64,000 nt of DNA, from assembly GCA_031417395.1 (NCBI GenBank), contig JANOVM010000026.1:6567-70566 (forward strand), written 5' to 3'. The translations under genes and the position numbers were made by a program. The first letter of the stretch is position 1. Every line of letters begins with the position of its first letter. Positions 16,001 through 24,744 of the stretch are shown piece by piece. Below the pieces are notes generated by a model. The model was given only the letters and a program-made list of their open reading frames with translations, ran no database searches and had not been told where the DNA came from. This DNA comes from Bacteroidota bacterium (GTDB lineage Bacteria > Bacteroidota > Bacteroidia > AKYH767-A > 2013-40CM-41-45).

Positions 16001-18731
16001 AATTTTTCTTCTTCTCAAAATCCCCCGCCTGAACATAAACTATCTTCTCAGGCTTTATCCATTTTTTCAGGGTAGCATTGATTTGAGCTGTAGTAAGACT
16101 GCTAATTGCTTTTTCCTGATCAGCATCCCATTTAATTGTACGATTGAGAGGCATGTATCTGGTTAGCTTTTCTACCAGGTAATTATCTTGAGAACGATTT
16201 CTGTTTCTGCTTTGAAGGAAACCTGATTTAGCATCAGCTAATTCCTGTTCAGTGATTCCGTCTTTCAAAATCTTTTGCAGCTCTTCTTTATAGGCAGCCA
16301 TAAGCTTATCGCTATTTTCCGGATTATAAATCGCATACGAGCCGAAATTACCCTCGCTGTCGAGGTCACCGGCCTGCAGATAAGAACCTACACCATAACT
16401 GATTCCTTCTTTCTGACGAATACGAGTAGCTAGACGCGAATTCAGGAATCCTCCTCCTAAAATAAAATTACCCATAATAAGTGCAGGATAATCGGCATTG
16501 TCATCTTTCAATTCAAGATTGTAGCCGCAAGCCATCATAGCATTGGTCTTATCAGGAGTATTTATTTTTTCACTGTTAGCAGGAGCATCATAAGAATGAC
16601 CCATTGCATACGTGTATTTTTCAGTTGATGACCAGTTCTGCATCATGGAAGTGATTTCTTCGATTACAGGCTGCTTATCAAAATCACCTACGATAACGCA
16701 TGTAGCCTGGGAACTGTTGTAGAAGTCAGCGTAAAATTTCTTTACATCATCAAGTGTAACCTTGCTTGTAGCTGCTGTTTGTTCGTCGAAGCTCATTGGA
16801 TATCTGAAATCTTCTGGCCCGTAATTATTGGTGCGTTTCTGAAGCACATTGAAAGCGATAGCTTGGGGCTCACTTTTTTGCTGATCGATACTGGTAAGGT
16901 TTTCCTGTTTTAGTTTTTCAAATTCGTTAACAGGAAAAGAAGGCTCACGAAGGATTTCGCGCGTCAATGCTAAAGCAGCTTTTAGGTTTTCTTTTGTAGA
17001 CTCTAGCGTAATCATTACTTTTTGACCACTGCTGTTAATATTTAGCTCTGATTTAAGTTTGGCCAGTTCATCATTTATTTGTTCTCTGGTTTTATTTTTA
17101 GTTCCTGTCATCAACATTGATCCTGTAATATCGCTGATTGTTGATTTTCCTTTCAATGAATTTTCAGAACCGATACGGAGCGTAATGTTCAGTTTTACAG
17201 CGCTTCCACGAGTGGTTTTTGGTAACAATGCATAACGCGCTCCACCGGCAATTTCTCCTCTGATAGTGCGGCTGTCTATATTTGCCGGACTTGGATCAAA
17301 GGCTTCAGCAGAAGCAAGCGCTTCTTTTCCTTTATAATCTTTCAACATAGTTTTCAGGTCGGGAGCAGCAGCAATTGAAACACGATCTGGATTCTTTTCA
17401 GGAATAAAAAGACCGGTTGTTCGGTTGGATGGTTTGTAATAGGTGGCAATTACTCTGTTTACATCATCTGCTTTAACTTTTTCTATATTATCTCTGTAAT
17501 TAAACAAAAGACGCCAGTCGCCCTGAGCAATAAATTCACTTAAATACATTCCAACATAGTCAGTATTGTTGTACATCATGTTGTAGTATTTAAGAATATT
17601 GTCTTTTGCACGTTGTGTTTCTTCTGCTGTTACGGGATTGTTTTTAAGATTATCCATTAAATCAAGCATTGTTTTTTGTGCTTCATCCAGTGATTTTTCT
17701 TTGGGTACTTCTGTACTAAAATACATATAACCTGGATCTTTTGATGCAAGTGAAAATCCGGACACGGAGGAAGCTTTTTTAGTTTCAACTAGAGCTTTGT
17801 AAATTCTGCCGGACGGAGTATTGGTAAGTACTTCCTGAAGAACATCAGTAGCAGCATAATCAGGATGTGAACCCGCACAGATGTGATAACCCATAGCAGC
17901 TACCTGCACATCGCCTACACGACGAAGCGTAACTGAACGTTCTCCGTCTTGCGGTGGTTCAATAGTATATGGTTCGCTTAATTTTCTGGCAGGACGTGGA
18001 ATACTTCCAAAATATTTATTAACGAGTGTAAGTACTTTTGCTTCATCGATTTTTCCCGCAACAGTAAGAACGGCATTGTCGGGCTGGTAATATTTTTTAT
18101 AAAATGCCTGTAGGTTTTCTATTGGAACTTTTTCAATATCTTCTTTGGAACCAATGGTAGATTTTCCATAGTTATGCCATAGATAAGCTGTTGAATAAAC
18201 TCTTTCCATAAGAATTGAGCCGGGGTCATTTTCACCTGCTTCAAATTCATTACGCACAACTGTGAATTCAGTCATCAGATCTTCTTTTTTGATGAATGAA
18301 TTAACCATTCTGTCGCTTTCCAGGCTAAGTGCCCAGTTCAGATTTTCATCGTTGGCAGCAACGGTTTCGAAATAATTGGTTCGATCATACCAGGTAGTAC
18401 CGTTTGGACTTGCTCCGTGAGCAGTAAGTTCCTGTGGAACGTTAGGGTGTTTAGTTGAACCTTTGAAAAGCATATGCTCAAGTAAATGAGCCATTCCTGT
18501 TTCGCCGTAACCTTCGAGGCGGGAACCTACTAAATAGGTAATGTTTACGGTGATAGTTGCTTTAGAAGGGTCAGGAAATAACAATACTCTCATGCCATTG
18601 CCGAGTTTGTATTCTGTTATTCCTTCAACCGTTGTGATTTTTACCGGTGCCGGCAAATCAGCTTTTTGTGCATTTGTTTTTGATAATGAAATCAGGAAAA
18701 CAAAAGCGAGTAAATACAAATTGTTTTTCAT
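15999..18731 (-). CDS. M16 family zinc peptidase (pitrilysin/PqqL-like), secreted
   Basis: Inverted zinc motif HLLEH and two M16 halves. Start moved to the ATG at 18731 (MKNNLYLL..., signal peptide). Confidence 0.93.
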   Translation of the reverse strand: MKNNLYLLAFVFLISLSKTNAQKADLPAPVKITTVEGITEYKLGNGMRVLLFPDPSKATITVNITYLVGSRLEGYGETGMAHLLEHMLFKGSTKHPNVPQELTAHGASPNGTTWYDRTNYFETVAANDENLNWALSLESDRMVNSFIKKEDLMTEFTVVRNEFEAGENDPGSILMERVYSTAYLWHNYGKSTIGSKEDIEKVPIENLQAFYKKYYQPDNAVLTVAGKIDEAKVLTLVNKYFGSIPRPARKLSEPYTIEPPQDGERSVTLRRVGDVQVAAMGYHICAGSHPDYAATDVLQEVLTNTPSGRIYKALVETKKASSVSGFSLASKDPGYMYFSTEVPKEKSLDEAQKTMLDLMDNLKNNPVTAEETQRAKDNILKYYNMMYNNTDYVGMYLSEFIAQGDWRLLFNYRDNIEKVKADDVNRVIATYYKPSNRTTGLFIPEKNPDRVSIAAAPDLKTMLKDYKGKEALASAEAFDPSPANIDSRTIRGEIAGGARYALLPKTTRGSAVKLNITLRIGSENSLKGKSTISDITGSMLMTGTKNKTREQINDELAKLKSELNINSSGQKVMITLESTKENLKAALALTREILREPSFPVNEFEKLKQENLTSIDQQKSEPQAIAFNVLQKRTNNYGPEDFRYPMSFDEQTAATSKVTLDDVKKFYADFYNSSQATCVIVGDFDKQPVIEEITSMMQNWSSTEKYTYAMGHSYDAPANSEKINTPDKTNAMMACGYNLELKDDNADYPALIMGNFILGGGFLNSRLATRIRQKEGISYGVGSYLQAGDLDSEGNFGSYAIYNPENSDKLMAAYKEELQKILKDGITEQELADAKSGFLQSRNRNRSQDNYLVEKLTRYMPLNRTIKWDADQEKAISSLTTAQINATLKKWIKPEKIVYVQAGDFEKKKN

Positions 18732-18876
18732 AGTGTTTAAGTTAAGCTGTAAAAGTATTAAATGATCGTATTCAGGCAATAAAAAAGTTATTAAACTTTG
18801 TTAAGAAGTGCTAAAATCTAAAAAGGAAATGGTGGTCTTGAAAAACTTTATTTAATTTGCACAAAACAATAGAAAA

Positions 18877-19623
18877 TTGGAAAAATTACTCATCGGAAAA
18901 ACAGCACTTATTACAGGAGCTTCCAAAGGCATAGGCAGAGGAATCGCTTTAAAACTGGCTCAATCGGGCGCTAATATTGCTTTTACATACCTGTCATCGG
19001 TTGAAAAGGGCCTAGCTTTAGTGCAGGAACTTGAAGCTGAAGGAATAAAAGCAAAAGGCTATCAATCCGATGCTTCTGATTTTAAGGCGTCTGAAGATTT
19101 AATTCAGTCTGTTCTCAATGATTTTGGAAGTCTGGACATTGTAGTTAACAATGCCGGAATTACTAAAGATAATTTATTGATGCGAATGACAGAGGAACAT
19201 TTCAATGAGGTAATTCGGATAAATCTGAATTCTGTTTTCAACATTACAAAGGCTTGTCAGCGACCCATGTTAAAACAGCGTAAAGGAAGTATAATAAATA
19301 TTACAAGTGTTGTAGGAATAAAAGGCAATGCCGGACAAGCAAATTATGCGGCTTCAAAGGCAGGTATTATTGGTTTTACCAAATCGGTTGCTCTTGAACT
19401 TGGAAGCCGTAACATTCGATGCAATGCTATTGCTCCGGGATTTATTGAAACGGAAATGACGGATGCACTGTCACCGGAAACAGTAAAGCAATGGAGAGAG
19501 TCTATTCCGCTGAAAAGGGGAGGGACGCCGGAAGATGTTGCTAATGCTGTATTGTTTCTGGCTTCTGATTTGTCGACTTACATTACAGGGCAGGTAATTT
19601 CTGTTGATGGAGGGATGAATTGA
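18877..19623 (+). CDS. fabG: 3-oxoacyl-ACP reductase
   Basis: TGASKGIG, NNAGITKD, YAASKAG and IAPGFIET; TTG start. Confidence 0.93.
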   Translation: MEKLLIGKTALITGASKGIGRGIALKLAQSGANIAFTYLSSVEKGLALVQELEAEGIKAKGYQSDASDFKASEDLIQSVLNDFGSLDIVVNNAGITKDNLLMRMTEEHFNEVIRINLNSVFNITKACQRPMLKQRKGSIINITSVVGIKGNAGQANYAASKAGIIGFTKSVALELGSRNIRCNAIAPGFIETEMTDALSPETVKQWRESIPLKRGGTPEDVANAVLFLASDLSTYITGQVISVDGGMN

Positions 19624-19705
19624 TTTTTTTTTTAGATATTTCCCTTTATTAATTGGAGGGTAAAGTAATTTTGAATTTTGTGGATGATTGTAGTGCCGGA
19701 TTTTT

Positions 19706-19747
19706 ACCACATTGGGCACAAAGGTTTTACACAAAGAAGGCACAAAG
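19706..19747 (+). repeat. CACAAAG repeats
   Basis: CACAAAG at 19717, 19730 and 19741, preceded by a degenerate CCACATTG. Confidence 0.6.
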
Positions 19748-19780
19748 AAGAATAAATATTAAATTATAAAATATACTCCA

Positions 19781-21835
19781 ATGCTTAAATCGTACATTTT
19801 CAGATTCACTTTATTGCTTGTTATTATTTCTGCTAATGCTCAGGCTGACTGGCTTACTCCTGAATTATTGTGGAAGATGGGCAGGGTTTCTGATCCGCAG
19901 CTGTCTCCTGATGGTAAACTTGCAGTTTATAATATTCGACGTTTTAATGTGGCGGAAAATAAAGGCAATACTGATATCTGGCTGTATAATTTTTCAACTC
20001 ATTCCGCTCGTGCCATTGCTGCTGATTCAAGCAATGAAATACAGCCGCGCTGGAGCAGTGATGGAAAGAGAATTTTTTATTTAAATGATAAGTCGGGAAG
20101 CCGGTTGTGGAGCATGAATGCCGATGGCAGTGATAAACAGCAGGCAAGTGATATGAAGGAAGACATTAATACTTATGGAATTTCCGGTAATGGAACTATG
20201 ATATGGCTGGGCATTGATGTTAAGCTTGACAGGTTTTTTGGAAAAGATAAATATCCTGATCTGCCCAAATCTACCGGACATGTTTACGATGACCTGATGA
20301 TGCGGCATTGGGATCAATGGGCTGATGGTTCATACAGTCATGTATTTATCGCTCCACTGAGTAATGGAAAAATCAAATCAGATCCTATTGACATAATGAA
20401 AAATGAACATTATGATTCTCCAATGAAACCCCACGGTGGTGATGAAGAAATCAGCTGGAGCCGGGATGGAAAATTACTTGCTTACACGTGTAAAAAATTC
20501 AACGGACTCGAATATGCCGTAAATACAAATTCAGATATTTATCTATACGATGTCGCTTCCGGTAAAACAATAAATGTAACTTCCGATAATGCCGGATATG
20601 ATAAATCTCCTGCTTTCTCTCCTGATGGAACAACGATGGCCTGGATCAGCTGGGAAGAAGCCGGAAACGAAGCATCGCTTCAACGACTATTTACTTATAA
20701 CCTGACGACAAAAGCAAAAAGCAATTTGTCTAAAGGTTTTGAATATAATGTTGAAAACCTGCATTGGTCCGGTAAATCGGATCGTATTTATTTTCTTGCA
20801 GACATTCAGGCAACAGATCAGATATTTTATTGTGAAACTTTGGCTAAAGCAAATAACATTAAGCAATTGACAACGGACATTGCTGATATTAATGGTTTAT
20901 CAATTGCATCAAATGAAAAGAAGGAAGACCTGATACTTGCTTCACGCATGTCTATTTCACAACCGACAGAACTTTTCTCAATCGATGCAAAAACAGGAAA
21001 ATCAAATCAAATAACATTTACGAATGATGATGTACTTTCCCCTTTGACACTAGGAGAAGTTAAAAAAATGATGATAAAAACTTCTGATGGTAAAGAAATG
21101 CTGACGTGGGTAATTTATCCGCCTAACTTTAACCCAAAGAATAAATACCCGACATTGTTGTATTGTCAGGGCGGCCCTCAGAGTACCGTTAGTCAGTTTT
21201 TCTCATACCGCTGGAACTTTCAGTTAATGGCTGCCAATGGCTATATTGTTGTTGCTCCCAATCGTCGCGGACTTCCGGGTTTTGGAAAGGAATGGAATGA
21301 TGAAATTAGTAATGACTGGGGCGGACAAGCAATGACTGACTTACTCAGCGCAATTGATAGTGTTGCAAAATATCCATACGTTAATAAGGATAGGATGGGG
21401 GCAGTCGGCGCCAGCTTCGGCGGCTATTCAGTATTTTGGCTTGCAGGTCATCATCAGCGAAGATTTAAAGCATTTATTTCACATTGCGGCGTATTCAACA
21501 TTGAAAGTATGATTGCAACAGAAGAATTGTTTTTTCACTTGCATGAATTTGACGGAGCCTATTGGAGATTGCCTAAACCGGTAAGCTATACCAAATTCTC
21601 ACCTCACAACTATGTTAATAATTGGGACACCCCAATTTTAATCATCTCTAATGAAAAGGATTATCGGATTCCATATTCCCAAGGCCTCGAGGCATATTCT
21701 GCAGCAAGACTTAAAAAAATCCCTGCTCGTTTTCTGAGTTTTCCCGACGAAGGACATTGGGTGCTTAAACCTCAAAACAGCCTTATGTGGCAGAGGGAGT
21801 TTTTTGGGTGGTTGGATAAGTATTTGAAGAATTAG
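19781..21835 (+). CDS. S9 family serine peptidase (beta-propeller + alpha/beta hydrolase), secreted
   Basis: PD40-like repeats, nucleophile GASFGG, D in EKDYR and H in DEGHW. Confidence 0.93.
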   Translation: MLKSYIFRFTLLLVIISANAQADWLTPELLWKMGRVSDPQLSPDGKLAVYNIRRFNVAENKGNTDIWLYNFSTHSARAIAADSSNEIQPRWSSDGKRIFYLNDKSGSRLWSMNADGSDKQQASDMKEDINTYGISGNGTMIWLGIDVKLDRFFGKDKYPDLPKSTGHVYDDLMMRHWDQWADGSYSHVFIAPLSNGKIKSDPIDIMKNEHYDSPMKPHGGDEEISWSRDGKLLAYTCKKFNGLEYAVNTNSDIYLYDVASGKTINVTSDNAGYDKSPAFSPDGTTMAWISWEEAGNEASLQRLFTYNLTTKAKSNLSKGFEYNVENLHWSGKSDRIYFLADIQATDQIFYCETLAKANNIKQLTTDIADINGLSIASNEKKEDLILASRMSISQPTELFSIDAKTGKSNQITFTNDDVLSPLTLGEVKKMMIKTSDGKEMLTWVIYPPNFNPKNKYPTLLYCQGGPQSTVSQFFSYRWNFQLMAANGYIVVAPNRRGLPGFGKEWNDEISNDWGGQAMTDLLSAIDSVAKYPYVNKDRMGAVGASFGGYSVFWLAGHHQRRFKAFISHCGVFNIESMIATEELFFHLHEFDGAYWRLPKPVSYTKFSPHNYVNNWDTPILIISNEKDYRIPYSQGLEAYSAARLKKIPARFLSFPDEGHWVLKPQNSLMWQREFFGWLDKYLKN

Positions 21836-21867
21836 TACTAAGTACTTAATACTTAGAATTTAGTATT
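21833..21867. repeat. AAGTACT-type heptamer array
   Basis: tagtactaagtacttaatacttag...tagtatt; same family as 45304-45388. Confidence 0.7.
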
Positions 21868-21893
21868 TTTAATTAAGGATTCCAAAAAAAAAC

Positions 21894-21901
21894 TACTTTT
21901 G
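21894..21901 (+). promoter_or_regulatory. Bacteroidota -7 promoter box for the tRNA pair
   Basis: TACTTTTG matches TAnnTTTG and ends 9 nt before the first tRNA base. Confidence 0.6.
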
Positions 21902-21909
21902 CCCTCCTT

Positions 21910-21989
21910 GCCCAGGTGGCGAAATTGGCAGACGCACCACTTTGAGGGGGTGGCGGGCAACCGTACGAGTTCGACTCTCGTCCTGGGCA
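21910..21989 (+). tRNA. tRNA-Leu (GAG)
   Basis: Acceptor GCCCAGG/CCTGGGC, D-loop AAATTGGCAGA, anticodon loop TTGAGGG, long variable arm and T-loop TTCGACT; CCA not encoded. Confidence 0.96.
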
Positions 21990-21995
21990 CTAAGG

Positions 21996-22064
21996 ACAGT
22001 CTGAGTCCGGAGTCTGAGTCCGTCGATACGCAGACTACGGACTCAGACTCCGGACTCAGACTGT
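21996..22064. repeat. Perfect 28-bp inverted repeat built from AGTCTG/AGTCCGG units between the two tRNAs
   Basis: Arms 21996-22023 and 22037-22064 are exact reverse complements, with a 13-nt loop. Confidence 0.92.
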
Positions 22065-22073
22065 AGTTCCCCC

Positions 22074-22157
22074 GCCCGGGTGGCGAAATTGGCAAACGTT
22101 GCGGTCTCAGAAGCCGTTGGAGTTACATCCTTGAGAGTTCGAGTCTCTCCTCGGGCA
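22074..22157 (+). tRNA. tRNA-Leu (CAG)
   Basis: Acceptor GCCCGGG/CTCGGGC, anticodon loop CTCAGAA, long variable arm and T-loop TTCGAGT; CCA not encoded. Confidence 0.96.
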
Positions 22158-22165
22158 CGAAGTAC

Positions 22166-22295
22166 AGTCCGAAGTCCGTAGTCTGAGTCCGGAGTTTCAA
22201 ACTCAGACTGCGGACTTCGGACTCCAGACTCCGGACTTCGGACTCCGGACTTCGGACTTCGGACTACAGACTACGGACTACAGACATCGGACTCC
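22166..22295. repeat. GGACT(T/C/A)C-type heptamer array with inverted arm downstream of tRNA-Leu(CAG)
   Basis: 22166-22188 pairs with 22201-22223 (22/23), then about ten further heptamer units follow. Confidence 0.88.
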
Positions 22296-22571
22296 AGCCT
22301 CAGCCTGCCCTTCCCAACTCTTTTAATTCCCACTTTTTTATTTCTCTATCAGCGTTTTAACTTTTTCTAACTTTTATTGTAAGGTTTCCACAAAAATCAG
22401 CTGAACAGATTTATTTGAATTCACTATAAAGTAAGCAAACAGGACATTATTTAATCTTGTTTCCCTTCAGTTTTATCATCTGTATACGCTACGCACCTGT
22501 AAATAATAATACTCTCATACCCATTAAATAAAGAGAAAAATACTTAAGACTGGTTTTTGGTTAGACGAGAG

Positions 22572-22607
22572 GCCCCGTTCAGCATAGCTGGCGGGGTTTT
22601 TTCTTTT
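22572..22607 (+). terminator. Intrinsic terminator
   Basis: GCCCCGTTCAGC-ATA-GCTGGCGGGGT hairpin followed by a T-rich tract. Confidence 0.75.
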
Positions 22608-22771
22608 ATGATAAATTATTAAGAATTAACATTTTTCAAATCCGATACTAGAGTATTAGCGGACGATAAATGCCCATTCCCCAATACAATCCTCTTCCTG
22701 CCCAACAATTTTTGTAAAGGGATGTGTTCAATTTTAGTTTTGAGAATCATTCAAATTTAAAATCTAAAATT

Positions 22772-23023
22772 ATGAGTACACGAGAAATTCAACAATTTAT
22801 TTATCAGAGAGGCGAGTTTACTTTCTTCGATGGCAAGCAGGATGAAGGAATGATTATCTGCAGGTACAACATTCCGGAAGCACGGATAGAATATTATTTA
22901 ATTCCTGTTTCAAACGTTTTAGCATACCAGGCTGCTAGGGCTCATTCGGAAATCGATGCGCATAAAAAACTGGGATGGAAAATTGATATCGGTAAAATTT
23001 CTAACATTAAAATTCACAACTAA
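22772..23023 (+). CDS. Small hypothetical protein
   Basis: 84 codons including the stop, from the A-rich-preceded ATG at 22772 (MSTREIQQFIYQRGEF...); the ORF track uses an upstream GTG at 22724. Confidence 0.7.
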   Translation: MSTREIQQFIYQRGEFTFFDGKQDEGMIICRYNIPEARIEYYLIPVSNVLAYQAARAHSEIDAHKKLGWKIDIGKISNIKIHN

Positions 23024-23236
23024 TGAATAAGTTAAACATTTACAATAAACTTTTTATACTGTTCTTTGCTATACTGATAGCGATAATAATCAAGAAAGCT
23101 CCTCACGAAAAGAATGAGAACGGCGGCGGAAAAAAATCTGTTATCAGCAGTGAGAAATAAAACAATATATGCTTTGCGGGCATTATGTTTTAATGTTTTT
23201 CTTAAAGGTCGTTAGGAATCCTTTAACGCATATTAT

Positions 23237-23271
23237 AAATCCGGCTTATGGAATTTTCCTTAGCCGGATTT
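23237..23271. terminator. Hairpin just downstream of mgtE (probable terminator)
   Basis: AAATCCGGCT...AGCCGGATTT inverted repeat with AT-rich flanks. Confidence 0.65.
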
Positions 23272-23292
23272 TAATTTTCAGCGGACAATTCG

Positions 23293-24672
23293 TTAAAGCA
23301 AAGTGCCTTTAAGAACCAGAAATGCAATTGTAAAATAAATAATCAGCCCTGTTACGTCAACCAGTGTTGCTATAAAAGGAGCTGATGATACAGCAGGGTC
23401 CCTGCCCAGTTTTTTTAAAACCAGGGGTATCATTGAACCCATAATGGTTCCCCATAAAACAATTCCAATCAAGGTGAATGATACGGTAAGTCCCAGCAGA
23501 AAGTAATGTGGACCGTAAATACTCGTGAATTGTGACCAGGCAAAGATTCTTAAAAAGCCAATAAAACCCAGAAGGCTTCCTAACGCAAGTCCTGAAATAA
23601 TTTCTCGTCGCATAACATGCCACCAGTTGGACCAATCAACTTCACCCAGAGCCATGGCACGAATGATTAGTGTTGCTGCCTGTGAGCCGCTGTTTCCGCC
23701 GCTGGAAATGATTAAGGGAATAAACAATGTCAATACAACAGCTTTACTTAACTCATCGTTAAAAAATCCCATAGCGCTTGCCGTAAGCATTTCTCCCAAA
23801 AAAAGGACGATTAACCATCCAGCTCTTTTCCGAATCATCTTAGCCATGGAGATTTTAAGATAAGGCTCATCAAAGGCTTCCATACCACCGATTTTCTGTA
23901 TGTCCTCTGTATCTTCCTGTTCAATGATATCTACCACATCATCGATTGTAATGATGCCAAGCAATAAACCTTTAAAATCAGTTACAGGAAGGGCAGTCCT
24001 GTTGGTTTGTTTAAAAATTTCAATAGCTGCTTCCTGATCGTCGCGGGCATTCAGGAACGTAAATTGTTTATCCATCAGGTCGCTTACCTTTTTGTCCAAG
24101 GGAGCAAGCAGAAAGTCACGAACTTTTATATCATCAATCAAAAAGCCATTGGTATCTGTAACATAAATATTACTTATCGTTTCACTGTTCTGTCCGAATT
24201 TCCGAATGTAATCAAGTACTTGCTGAACATTCCAGTCTTCTTTTACAGACAGATAATCCGGAGTCATCAACCGGCCAATACTGTCTTCAGGATATTGAAG
24301 GAGTTGTTTTGCTGTTTTTCTCTCTTCATCGCTAAGTAAAGTGAGATACTTCTGCAGAGTTACTTCCGGAAGTTTTTCAAAAAGGGCTGTCCTGTCATCA
24401 GGAGAAATCTGATTAAGTGTGGCAACCAGTTGATCCACACTAAAGGATCCGAGCAAATCCATCTGAATCTTAAAGTCCAGATTTTCAAAGGTCTTAATGG
24501 CTTTTTCAGCTTCCAGAACCTGGAAAACTTTCAGATAATCTATTTCACGGGAATCATTGATCAGTTCAGCCAACTCTTCAGGCTGAATATTGGCAGTCAG
24601 ATGCTTTAGCTTATAAAGATTGCCGGTAACAAGCCGCTCGGCAAGTAATTCTTTTTCGTCAATTTTTGCCAT
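23293..24672 (-). CDS. mgtE: Magnesium transporter MgtE
   Basis: N-domain, two CBS domains, GGNSGSQ motif and DPAVSSAPFIATLVDVTG. Confidence 0.96.
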   Translation of the reverse strand: MAKIDEKELLAERLVTGNLYKLKHLTANIQPEELAELINDSREIDYLKVFQVLEAEKAIKTFENLDFKIQMDLLGSFSVDQLVATLNQISPDDRTALFEKLPEVTLQKYLTLLSDEERKTAKQLLQYPEDSIGRLMTPDYLSVKEDWNVQQVLDYIRKFGQNSETISNIYVTDTNGFLIDDIKVRDFLLAPLDKKVSDLMDKQFTFLNARDDQEAAIEIFKQTNRTALPVTDFKGLLLGIITIDDVVDIIEQEDTEDIQKIGGMEAFDEPYLKISMAKMIRKRAGWLIVLFLGEMLTASAMGFFNDELSKAVVLTLFIPLIISSGGNSGSQAATLIIRAMALGEVDWSNWWHVMRREIISGLALGSLLGFIGFLRIFAWSQFTSIYGPHYFLLGLTVSFTLIGIVLWGTIMGSMIPLVLKKLGRDPAVSSAPFIATLVDVTGLIIYFTIAFLVLKGTLL

Positions 24673-24744
24673 GGATGATCGTCCATTCTAAGAGGAAAAT
24701 AAGTGAAGCAGCGAAGATAATGGGTTAATTTGAAAAAGCGGCTT

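Noticed and set aside
21853-22095. 80-aa minus-strand ORF
   Set aside because: It is the antisense of tRNA-Leu(GAG) and the hairpin repeat.
21996-22295. CRISPR array interpretation of the GC-rich repeats near the tRNAs
   Set aside because: Units are 6-7 bp tandem and inverted, with no unique 25-45 bp spacers and no cas genes.
24673-24744. Mg2+ (M-box) riboswitch upstream of mgtE
   Set aside because: The gap is only about 70 bp and shows no matching structure.
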